In this document: positions 13,660 to 30,700 of the stretch, piece after piece
How the letters are laid out: every line of letters starts with the position of its first letter
How positions within the stretch are numbered: the first letter of the stretch is position 1
Source: Vicugna vicugna
Lineage: Eukaryota
DNA length: 64,000 bases
Reading direction: 5' to 3'
Assembly: GCA_013265495.1 (NCBI GenBank)
Contig: MU058039.1
Span: 932,591-996,590, forward strand
Position numbers and translations under genes: made by a program
Notes under the pieces: model-generated
What the model saw: only the letters and a program-made list of their open reading frames with translations
Database searches by the model: none
Told to the model about the DNA's origin: nothing

Positions 13660-14023
13660 TAGTTCATTCAGGCTGATGTAACAGAAGATCATAGGCTGGG
13701 TGACTTATAAACAACAAAAATTTATTTCTCACAATTCTGGAGCTTGGAGGTCCAAGATCAAGGTGCCAGCAGATTTGATGTCTGGTGAGAACCTGCTTCC
13801 TGGTTCACAGAGGATCATCTTTTTGTCCTCATATAGTGTCCTCACATGGTGGAAGGGATGAAGGTCGCTGGGGTCTCTTTTATAAGGTCAATAATCTCAG
13901 TTATGAGGGCTCTGCCCTCACAATCTAATCACCTCCCAAATGTCCCACCTCCTGATACCATTACATTGGGGATTAGGTTCCAGCATAGGGATTTGTGGGG
14001 AACACAAACATTCAGTCCATAGC
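13660..14023. mobile_element. MaLR (MLT1A-type) solo LTR
   Basis: ttcaggctgatgtaacagaa...aaatttatttctcacaattctggag...tccaagatcaaggtgccagcagattt...acattcagtccatagca. Confidence 0.8.
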
Positions 14024-14697
14024 AGATCCCTTTTCTTGGATTATCAAGTAATATTCATGATGTTCTATCAGGAAAATTCTATCATTATCCCTACTTCACA
14101 GGTGAAGAAACAGGCTCAGGTGTGCAAACATGTATGATTACATAAATAGGTGCCTGAAAAAGCTTTTTCTAAAATTCAACGTCCATTCCTTGTATTAATC
14201 CTAAATCAGAAACAGAAGGAAACTGAGCAAGATGATCAGATTACCTGATTACCAAAAACAGATGGCATATGGCAGTTAAATGTGACATTTAAAGCCATTA
14301 GGACTGGATGCTTTTTGCAAAGTTTGTGCATGCTTGTACACGCCTGGAGAAAATGTGGAAGAATGCACCGAGAGACTAGAGAGAAAGACGCAGGGTCAAA
14401 TCTCAGCTGTTAATCTCTTGGAAGTTTACGCAGCCTCTCAAAGCCTGTCTATAACGTGGGACTAAGATAGCTATGCGAACGACTTCCACCATCCCCACCT
14501 CTTGGTTTAGAAGAGTCGTTGCAAAGGTAGAAATCTCAAGACAAACGTAGCGTCCTGAAACCCCAGGCTGAAGCCGGGGCGGCCATGTTGATTACGGGAG
14601 GTGAAAAAGCGTTGCAACCGCCGCCATTTTCAGTTAGGGCAGAAGACGACTTCCGGTCACCATCTTGAGTGACAGCAGAGGCGGAGCTCCGACTGGC

Positions 14698-20478
<5,781 letters not shown>

Positions 20479-20545
20479 GCCTGCCAGGCACTGGGGTGGG
20501 CAGGGTTTGCATTATTTAAAGCAGATGCAGTGCAGGGTTTCCTCC

Positions 20546-20551
20546 AATAAA
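20546..20551 (+). terminator. PSMD8 poly(A) signal AATAAA
   Basis: Canonical hexamer about 70 nt after the stop, with a U-rich tract downstream. Confidence 0.75.
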
Positions 20552-21444
20552 GGTGGATTGACATTTTCTCTCTTAGGCCCTTGTCTCCCCGAGTGGAATG
20601 GTGGGGACATAAATTCTTATCTACAAGAACTTGGAAGTTTGGGGCCCTAGGGGGTCTGAGATAACCCTGTGTCGGCATCTCTTCAGCAGCCATTGCTCAG
20701 GGTTTCAAACCGAGATGCCCCCTCTGCACGGGCCCAGTGGTACCGTGGCCTGGGAAAGAGCACAGGCCCTGGATAGAGGGACTGTTGCAGCCAGCTGTGG
20801 ACACACAGGAAGGCAAGGCACCAGAGTGTTTCAGTGAAGGGGGTGAAATATCCCAATTTTAAAAAAATGTTTGCAATGAATTAAACCAGTTTTTTAAAAT
20901 GACATGAGAGATGGAACCCGTCTGTGGGCTGCCAGTTTGAGACTTCTGTGGAATGAAAGGCATGGGTCCTGGCATGGACTTGCCTTAGTTCCCGCCCTTC
21001 TGAGCCAGTGCTGTGACTTACGACCTGCACCCCCACAGCCTATGTTTCCTGCCTTGAAGTTCTTGAGGTGTGTTAAGACAGTCCAAATCTGGCTGAGCCA
21101 CTTGCGGGATGTGGGATTTTTAAGAAAGCCTTCCAGAGTCAGTTTCCCCAGCTGTAAAATGAGAATGATCATTCCTGCTTTCCAAAGTGATTTGTTCTGA
21201 ACCCCTGAACTTGACACCAGGTCAGCTTGGAAATGGGGCTGATCATATTAAAGGAAATAAGAACATCTCACCCCTGGGCCCATCAGTCCACATGCTGGAT
21301 GAATGGAACCTCCGTTACTGCTAATCTGGGTCCAGCCTCCTTACTGTTTCCAGGATGTGGTGCTTTCATGGAGGCCCCTGCCCTGCCCCACCCCTCCAAC
21401 CCTTAGACCATTACTGAGAGGCATCTAGGCATCTGGATGGTTAT

Positions 21445-21450
21445 TTTATT
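21445..21450 (-). terminator. GGN poly(A) signal AATAAA
   Basis: tttatt on the plus strand, about 40 nt past the GGN stop. Confidence 0.75.
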
Positions 21451-21490
21451 GTCAAGGAGGGGAAAGCAGAGGGCACTGAGCAGACTACAC

Positions 21491-24450
21491 TTAGTTGGAA
21501 TGGGTAGCCTGCAAATCGTAGTGCTCCAGCCCGGCTACCAGGGAGCCAGCTAGCTTGATGGTGGTGACCCAGGGTGGTTCACTCAGGTGGTTGGTGGTTG
21601 TGCTCAGCCTAGGAAGAGGGTAGAGTCATCAGGGCCTGGCTATGTGATCCTTATCCCTTCTAGGCTCCACTTTCTCCATCACTATAAGGGACCATATCTG
21701 AATATCCCAAAGGCAGTTTAGGGCAGAGCTGTATCCACTTAAACTTAGGAAAGGGACTGAGGGTTGGTGATAGTGGCTCCCCCAACCCCTTGCTCCTGGC
21801 CCAAGCTGAGCCCCAGAGGTTCCAAGGCAGAGGGTCTCCCAGTGATTCAGGGTCCTCAGGAGCCAGGGTCAGACAGATCAGACCCTGATGACTGGATCCT
21901 GAGATTCAAGGGTGAAGAGGAGGTAACGAGCAAGCAGTGTATCCCCTGGATCTGAGGGAGTAACTACTGCAGCACATGGACTGGGACATCAGTGCCCTCT
22001 GGTGGTCAAAACTTTGAATCCCAGAGTCAGGAGAAGATGTCAAAGGGTGGAGGAGTCAGGAGCCTGAGGGACTAAGCTTGGGGCTTCCACTGGAGGCCTA
22101 TGTTTATACCATTTGGTTCCAGGAGACCATCATTTCCCCCCCCCCCCATCCCTGAAGAAATTGGGACATGGTCCTTCTTGATGCCCTTAGGACAGGGTCA
22201 GGGAGGTGAATAGGGTCAGGCCAGGTGGGAACAGCTATCCTCCCTGATGGTTCCAGAGAGTAACAAGAGGGCCAAGAGTTAGCTTGGTGGTCTGGATACT
22301 AAGGGGCTGGGCCACGGTGGGCCACGGTGTTCTCTGTCAGGGATCAGTATGGTATCAAGGCTCCTCTTGGTCCTGAAGGATTGGAGCTTAGCTGGGTTTG
22401 ACATGCAACTAAAGGGTCTAGAGTCAGCTGCGGTCAGGACATCGAAGGGTTGAATGGGACACTCCAGGAAAGTCAGGTTTAGGATTTGGAAGGGTATGCC
22501 CTCCCCTCCCTACTCCCCGATCTCTCCTCACCAGGCAGACACGTTGCGTGGCAGGCGGCGATGGCGTGGCTGGTGGCGACAGTAACACTTGCAGGGACAA
22601 GAATTAAGCACCTGGAAGGGTGGCCAGTGGCGCGAGGCACCCGAGTTAGACGTCCTTGCCGGAGGAGCCCCGCTGCTACCACCCGCTCCACCACCGCTGT
22701 CAGGCACTGTAGCTGCAATACGTTCGCGAGGACCACTTCCAGGCGCGCCAACCTCAGGGGGCGCGGCGCGGGCCGCGCGGGCTGCGCGGGGACCCTTGTT
22801 ACGGCGCGTGCGGGACTTGGTGGGCGTGGGCGCAGGCGGCGATGGCTCGGCGGTGGTGGAAACTGGAGCCGGAGCCGGGGCTGGGGCCGGGGCCGGGGCC
22901 TGGTCAGCAGCCAAGGCGAGGGGCAGAGCAGGAGCCGGGACGGGAGCCACGGCCTGCTCCAAGTTGCCAGCGCCTGCGGTGGGTGGGGGCGCCACGGGCA
23001 GCGGCGTTGGCTGGAGCACGGGCGGCTGCGGTATGGGAGGCGGCGCTGGAGGCGGCGTGGGTGGTGGCGTGGGCGGCGACGGCGGCGGCGGCGGCGGCAG
23101 CAGCAACTCCTGTGGCCCGGGAAGTCCGGGGCGCACAGTCTCACCATTGGTAGGCGCCGGGAAGATGAACATAGGCGGCGCCAGCAAGGCGGGTGCGGGC
23201 CTTCGGGGCTCGGTAGCTGGATGCATCTGCTCTGGCGGAGGCGGCGGGGGGCCCCAGGGCCCGGAGAGCGTGGCTGCGCGCCGTCGGGGCGCCCCTACGC
23301 CTCCGCCAGTTCCATTGAAGCGGAAGTGGCGTTCAGGGCCATCGGGTGGGCTCACCCAGTCAAATTTGGGCTTCGAACCTGGGAAGGTGGTGTACGGTGG
23401 CGGCGGGAGCGTCCGGCTTTGGGACGCAGGCGCCGAGGGGAGTCCAGAACACCCCTCGCCGTCTCCATCACCGCCCTCTGCTTTCTGAGTCCCGCGAGGG
23501 AACTCTCCCGAGGGGCTAGCGTCCCCAGGAGCCAGGGGTCCCTGCTTCAGGACCTCAGCGTAAGAGATGGCGCCCGAGGCGGAGGCGAATAGCCCTCCGC
23601 CTCCGCCTCCGCCTCCGCGGCCTCCGAGTGGGGCTTTGGCCGCTAAGGAACTCGACGCTGCCGCAGGGAGCAAAGGGGGCCCTGAACTGAAGGTGACTTT
23701 ACACAGCAGGCTCAGGCCAGGCTCAGAGGCCACAGGCCGGGCCATTTCGCCTTCTCCTGCTTGGGGAGATGCCCCTCTGCGGGCTCCGCCGGGGGTCTGG
23801 CCCTCGCTGCCGTGCCTGGCCTGGCTTTCTGTAGGGGCTGCGGCGGGTGTGGCCAAAGCAGGAGTGATTCTGCGGTCCGGAGGCTGCCGGTCGGAAGGTG
23901 GCGGTAGTGGCGGCTTCCGTGGCTCCAAGGGCGGCAAAGTTGGGGATGGGGCCCTCGGGACGGGGTCGAGGTCCTCTTTGGTTAGTTGCCGGGGCGGCGG
24001 CAGCAGCGGACGGAGGCTCGGAGGGTCGCCCTGGCCTCGATGGCTCGCCTCCAGCAGACTGCGGATCCGGGGCACCGGAGTGCCCGGGGGTTTTCGCCAC
24101 TTAGACGGCGCGGGCAGCAGGGTCCCCACGGGGGGCGGGGGTGGTGTGGAGACTGCGGCCGCAGCCGCCTCCTCTGAAGGGGGAGTCACTGGCGAGGGCA
24201 GGTCTAAGGTCAGGGGCAGGGGTGAGGGTGAGGCCTGGGGCTCCGGGGGTACCGGGGGTACCAGGAGTCCCGGGGGCGCGGAGCTGCCAGGGAACCAGAC
24301 GCCCAGCCCGCGAGCCAGGCGCATGGCCGGGGAGGAGGGGGTCATCTCAGGCTCCACCAGGGATGTCCGGCGGGAGTCGGAGGAGCGGTCCGAGGCATGC
24401 TCTTTTCGGGAGCCCCCGCCCGCGGACGGCTCCGACTGCACGTTCCCCAT
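21491..24450 (-). CDS. GGN: Gametogenetin, 678 aa, Pro/Ala-rich
   Basis: Large exon, coding 24450-22532 (MGNVQSEPSAGGGSRKE...HWPPFQVLNSCPCKCYC...NVSAW; acceptor at 24470-24471), spliced TG|G to the terminal exon 21608-21491 (LSTTTNHLSEPPWV...DLQATHSN*). Confidence 0.95.
21991..22007 (-). promoter_or_regulatory. Candidate CTCF site
   Basis: Minus strand GACCACCAGAGGGCACT matches the CTCF core CCASYAGRKGGCR. Confidence 0.55.
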
Positions 24451-24899
24451 TTCTGACGGAGGTCGGGTACTGTGGCAGAAAAACTTCCATCAGTCAACCT
24501 GCCAGGGTTGTGGGGACCCCAAGAGGCTGCCTATATTTGGCTCTATCCGTCCGCACGGACCCCCGCCCTTGCCCTCCAAAATCCACTCAGGCACTACTAG
24601 TCTTTAGCCACATTTCTGTTGCCTGACTCTTGACGTTCACACCTTCTATCCCAAGGTCCCATATAGCTGCTGTTCAGACACTTGGCCCCCTATTCTTTTA
24701 GGATACTAAGGTTCGGTCTCTGTCTCCGTGGCTGGTCCTTCAGATCACATCCCTACACTTCGGTCACGTCTCGGGTCTCTAGGCTCCAAGACACAGGTCT
24801 TGCCTACTCTACTGTCAGTCAGGCCACATCACTCATGATGGTATGGTCTGTAGCCTATAAGGCCTAAAAGGAGTTCAAGCTTCTCTCCCTCGACTCGGA

Positions 24900-26350
24900 G
24901 GCTTCAAAGGGCCAGGCCAGGCCAGGCCCCGCCCCCGCCCTCTGGTCCCGCCCCCGATTGTCAGGGAATTGGGCCTCCGCACATAGCCCCCGCCCCAGGT
25001 CTGGCCCCAACCTCCGCCTAGTAAATGCCAGGTGTTCTTGCCATGCTAAGCCCTCAGTCCTCACCTCTAACCCTCAGATCCCTCTCTGTCTGTTGATCAT
25101 TTGGGTCCCGCCCTCTTCCTAGGCTTCACTCAAAAATTTATTTCCCGCTCCTAGGAGAGCTGCAGGCCTCACACTCAGGCCCCACCCCTTTCCCCAAGCT
25201 CCGCCCTGGCTCCTCCTTCGCGCAGAGGATACCCCTTACCGACTCCTCCAGCCGACCCAAGTTCAGACCGCGGCCCCCTGGGCCCAGGGCAGGGCGAGGA
25301 ACGGCCGTAGCAGAAAATAACCGAAAAGAACGGGGGTGCGGGTGAAGGCAAGTGGGCGAGACAGCGAGGGTGGACCCCGAGATCTAGGCCCCGCCCCCGG
25401 GCTCGAGGCCCCGCCCTCCTGTGAGCCAGCTTGAGCACGGCCCCTTACGAACCTGAATCTCCTCTTGAAATACTTGAAATTCCCCGCCCCCAGGCCTTGT
25501 AGTCCTAGGCCCCACCCCTTTAGAGCGTTTTTCTTAGCCCCTCCCCTTTTAAATACCCCACCCCTCGTCATTCCCTCTCCTGAAGCCCCGCCCATTACGA
25601 ACACTGCTACGTAACTCCTCCCTTTTGGAACTCTTGGTCGTCCGGCCCCTAAAGACAGTTTACTTATAAGCTCCGCCCCTTTAGGACTTCGCCACCTGTC
25701 TTCCCAAGACCCTCTCCTGCCTCGGGCCCGCCCAGAATGCCCTTCCACCGTGGACCCGCCCTTTCCGTGACGCACGCGCTTGTCCGCGCCTTCGGCGTCC
25801 TCACCCTCTCCTTCCTTAGGCCCTCCGACCCCGCCCCCTTGCGAACGCTCCGTTCTCGCCCCATCCCTTTTTGAACCCAGCCAGGCACCCAGCCCCTCCT
25901 ATTTAGTACCCAAAACGTAGACCCTCGCCTCTTTAGAACATTGAGACCAAGACGTATCCCGGACCCCTTCCCCACATCCTCAGGGACCGGTGGCGCCGAT
26001 GGGTGGGAAAGTAGGAGATCCTTTCTGGAGCCTGAAAAAATGGGGGTTGGGGGGCTGTTCGCGATGTCAATGCCGGGCTCTAGGACCCAGCGGGCAAGTG
26101 CGCCTGCCTCGCGCTTACCCCTCCCCCAAGCCGCCCCCTCCCCCTCACCCATCTTCCAGGTTCCCCCTCCCTCCCCCCTCGCCCCGGCTCCCGGTGCCCG
26201 TCTCTAGCGCCGCCGGAACCAGCGAGGGAGCCGGAGCAAACAGGAGGAGGAGGAGGAGGCCACGTCGCCGCCGCTCGGAGCCCGGCCGGAGCCTCCCAGG
26301 CAGGTGCCGAGGGGGGCGAAGGGGCGGGGGCTGACAGACCGCCTGTCACG
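24900..26350. promoter_or_regulatory. Divergent GGN/SPRED3 CpG-rich promoter region
   Basis: Head-to-head genes and dense GC boxes. Candidate GGN 5'UTR donors on the minus strand near 25240 and 25449; SPRED3 leader-exon donor ACG|GTGAGG at 26350. Confidence 0.7.
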
Positions 26351-27797
26351 GTGAGGGGGTGGCCAGGACTTCGCTGCGGCCCATACCCACCCAGGCGCCC
26401 CCCAGACCCTGGCTGGAAGGACAAGGGGGTGGGGGCCCCCAAAATGTGCGGCAGCCATTTGGGGTACCAGTCTCCATTTGGGGGTCTGGCCTTCCTCCGA
26501 GGACGCCCCATTCATAAAATTCCGTACTGGACCCCCACCATTAAGGAACTCTAAGGACCACTCCCCCCGGAAAACAGACATGTGGGGAGCGTAGGGCACC
26601 TAGAAATCCCAGCGTCCCATCCCAGTAGGCCTTGAGGGGGACCCCAACCCTCTTTCTCTGCTTCACCTGTTGTCGGGGTAGGCGGGCGGACAAAGGAAGC
26701 AGCGTCACGTGACTGCTCATTCACAAAATCCCATCCCATTGAGAAAAGGGGGCTGGGGGCGCTGCGGCCGCCCCTTCCCCTCCCCAAGTGCTGGGGAAAC
26801 CCGGCAGCCTGCAGGTGGGGGAAGGGGCTAGAGCTCTTTGCCTGGGTCCCTAAGGCTGGGGCACCAGGGTCCCTGCGCTAGGTGGTAGTGAGGAGTTGGA
26901 CGCTGATCCCGATTACTGGGCGGAGGGCTGCGTCCCCTGAGCCAGGGGGCGGGGTAAGATGGTTCTGAAGGATGCTGGGGCGGGGAGGGGGAGGAGGAGG
27001 GATCAAACCCCAACCCCCGGCCCCGCCAATCTCTCCCCCTTGCCTTTCCTTGGCAGGGGCCTGAGGGAGCAGGCTTGATTTTTGTGAATGAAATGCTCTC
27101 TGGTGTCTCGGTCGCCTGTTTCTGGCTTCCTCTGCCTCCATCTCCCTTTTGGCCTGTATCTGGCCATTTCTGTTTCTCTCCCTGCTCCCTGCCCATCTCC
27201 CGTTGCCGGGTGACTCAGTGAGCTTTGCATCCGGTCTCATTCATAAATCCGGGAAGGGGTGGGGGGGAAGAGAGCCTGGGTTTCTCACCCAGCCAGTGGC
27301 CTGGGCGGCAGGGTGCGGAGGCAGTGTAGGGGGAACTGGAGCTGAGTTGAAGGGCTCTAAGAAAATACATATGCGCAGGCACCCAGCTGTGAGGGGGACG
27401 ATGGGTGGGGCTGTGGGTACGTGCTAAGGGAGGAGAAGGAGACAGGGTTGATAGGGGATGAGCAGGAGGAGGAAGGGAAGTGGAAGAGCGAAGCTATGGG
27501 GGTGGGGATGGGAAAGATGGGGAAAGGGAGGAGAGGTGGGGATGGAGAAAAATGGTAGATATGGAGAAGAAGGTAGGCATGGGAGAAAAGAGAGGGCCAG
27601 AGGAAGAAAGAAGCCATAGTGGAAGAAGGTGGGCATGGGGGGAGAAGGTGGGCATGGGGAGGAGGTGGCTAAGGGTGCCGGAGATCCAGCTGCGAGAAAT
27701 GAAGAGAGGAGATGAAGGTTGGGGGGACACTAAATAGGAGAGCAGGGTTGGCGCTTACTGACCATGTTGTCCTTGTCCTCCCATCTCTTCCAGGTAC

Positions 27798-30700
27798 ATG
27801 GTTCGGGTCCGAGCCGTGGTGATGGCCCGAGATGACTCCAGTGGGGGCTGGCTGCCTGTGGGGGGCGGGGGCCTCAGCCAGGTGAGCGTATGTCGGGTCC
27901 GAGGGGCCAGGCCCGAGGGGGGGGCCCGCCAGGGGCACTACGTCATCCACGGGGAGCGCCTCCGGGACCAGAAAGTGAGCCACCCTGGGGCGTGGGGGTA
28001 GGGTGGGGGCGTGGGGAAGTAGGGGAATGGGGCTGGGAATGCAGAGGTGAGGTCAGGTCATCTCCCAGCTCGAATCAAACCGGGGCTGTGGGATGGAGTT
28101 GGAAGTGAATATCTGTCTTCTGGATAACAGTTGGGCGTTTTGTGGTCTATTGGGGGTTTTAAGCAGGTCCTGTCCACTGCCATTGCCCTGCTGGACTGTC
28201 ACAGCAGCCTCCTCACTGGTGTCCTTGCCCTGCTCCTGCTCCCTCCCCCAACCTCAGTCTGTTCCACAGGGGCTGTGCTAACACCTGACTCAGATCACAT
28301 CTCTCCTCTGCTCAGAGCCCTCCCCGTGGCTCCATCTTGCTCAGAGATCCTTGCTACGAGGATCTGACACCACTAGCCCCTATCTGCCCTAAGTATATGG
28401 AGGCATTTGGTAGGGGGCCATCTGGAAGTGTCAAATAGGGTTTACAATCCTATTATGGGTTGATCAGGAATATTCTGGGCTGACTGGCATGATTTGGAAG
28501 AAGAATGTTGACGTTTCAGCTGAGGATGTAGTAGAAAGATTTGGATGGTTTGAAAAGGCTTGGGGTAGGGTTGTCTTTCAGAACAGGAGTTGGAAGGAAC
28601 AGTGTAGGGGGGATTTGAAATGGTGTGAAGGAATAAAGTGATGTTGGACAAGGATACAAGGGAACACCTCAGGTGCTGACTGGCATCTGAGGGCAAGGCT
28701 GTGGGTGTTTGATAAGAACTTGCAGGTAGTCTTTTGGGAGATTACGGGACATCAGAAGGGGACTAACAATAATATTTTGAGCTGTTTAATGAAGTTTGGG
28801 GAGTACTGTTAGGCCAAATGGGAGACATTGGGCTATCAGAAGGTGAACTAATTTTTTGAGACATTCAATAAAATTTGAGATTCCTATTGAGATATGAGAG
28901 GGGGGTGTTAAGAAAATGTAGAGATCGGGGGTTTGGGAAAAAAAAACTGGTCTGTCAGAGGTGTGCTCAATAAAACTGAGTGGTACTGGGGTGTTGGTCA
29001 GTGTTCAAGGATACACCTAGGATTGAGAAATGAGGTTTGTGGGGGTGCTTTGGCATAGAGCCTGGGGTTGACGGGAAGTCACGGGCATGGCTGGAAGGGA
29101 ATGTCTGACCTGGCCCCCTCCTACCCCCTCAGACCACCTTGGAGTGTACCCTGAGGCCAGGCTTGGTTTACAACAAGGTGAACCCCATCTTCCATCACTG
29201 GAGCCTGGGTGACTGCAAGTTCGGGCTGACGTTTCAGAGTCCTGCAGAGGCTGATGAATTCCAGAAGAGCCTGCTGGCTGCGCTGGCCGCACTGGGTCGA
29301 GGTGAGTGGCCCAGTTGGTGGGCACTGGGGGCTAGGGTGGAGGGGTGGGGGAAAGTGGGCCCAAGGGACTCACTGTCTGCCTCTCTCCCTGCCCCAGGCT
29401 CGCTCACCCCCTCCTCCTCCTCCTCTTCCTCCTCCCCTTCCCAGGACACCGCAGAGACTCCCTGCCCTCTGACGGTGAGTCTTCAGGTGCAGCTCTGCTG
29501 GGAGGGCAGGGGTTTATTTCTATCCTACAAACATTCTTGAGCACCTACTGTGTATCCAGCACCATGCCACTTGCTGGGGACACAAATTGGGGCCCAAACT
29601 ATTTGTGTCAATTTCAATCCCAATTATTCCAGGTTTTCTATTCTATCATGATTTACACATTCATTCAAGGGTATTTATTGAACACCTTCAACAAAGTCGT
29701 GTTTTAAGCACTGGGGATACATCAGTGAACAAAACAAAGTCCCTTTTCTTGTGGAGCTTCAATTCTAGTGTGAAAAGGCAGAAAAAAAATTAAGGTACAG
29801 TATAAAATGAATCAATATTGGAAGTAAATGGATGAACAAATTAATGGGAAATCCATCCTCCTAGTTACTCACTAGGAGGTACAAACTTTGGAGCCATCCT
29901 TGACTCCTCTGCTTTTTTTATGTCCCTCATCTGTCAGCAAGTATTGGCTCCACTTTCAAAATGCTCAGAATGTGCCTCTAACCTGGTTACAGTCCAGCCT
30001 CATCTCCCAGCTGGACCATCTCATCAGCTTCTCATCATCAATTGCCTTCCTCAGCTCTTTTCTCCACAGCTAGCCAGAGGGACCTTATTAACATCTAAGT
30101 CAGCTCATGGTCATCTCCCACTCAGAATCCTACCAGGCTCCATCTCACTCATGGTAAAGGACAAAGTCCTCAGAGTGATTCAGAAGATCCCACACCATCT
30201 GGCCTCCAATTACTCTTCCTCATGCTCACACTGGCCTCCTCACTCTTACTCCAGAAGGGCAGGCACTTTCCTGTCTCAGGGCCTTTGTACTGACCAGCCT
30301 TCTGTCTTAAAACACTCTTCCCCATATTTCCACCTGGCTTATTTCCTTAGGGCTTTACTCACATATCGCCTTTTCAGTAAGGGCCTCCCTGAGTAACCTG
30401 TTTAAAGTTGCAGTCTCACAGGGTTTCTTATTCTGCTCTAATTTTCCCCCATCTTATAAGATTATTTTCCCTATTTCCTTTCCCAATAGACAGTTTTCTT
30501 ATCTATTACTTTACTGTCCATCTGCCATGCTAGAATGTCAGCTCCAGGAGGGCAAAGATCTTTTTGTTGCTTTCTTGCTGCATCTTTAATGCTTAAAACA
30601 GTGCCTGGTATACAGTAAGTGTTCAGTAAATATGTGTTGAATAAATTGATTGAATGAATAAATGCACGTAATGTCGGATTCAATTTGGCACTTGCTGGGA

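Noticed and set aside
22528..22530. Apparent GGN stop at 640 aa as a truncating mutation
   Set aside because: The TGA lies within the splice donor, and an intact terminal exon exists at 21608-21491.
22486..24626. Long plus-strand ORFs (368, 299 and 346 aa) antisense to GGN
   Set aside because: Shadow frames of an extremely GC-rich Pro/Ala exon; non-ATG starts, low-complexity products and no recognisable domain.
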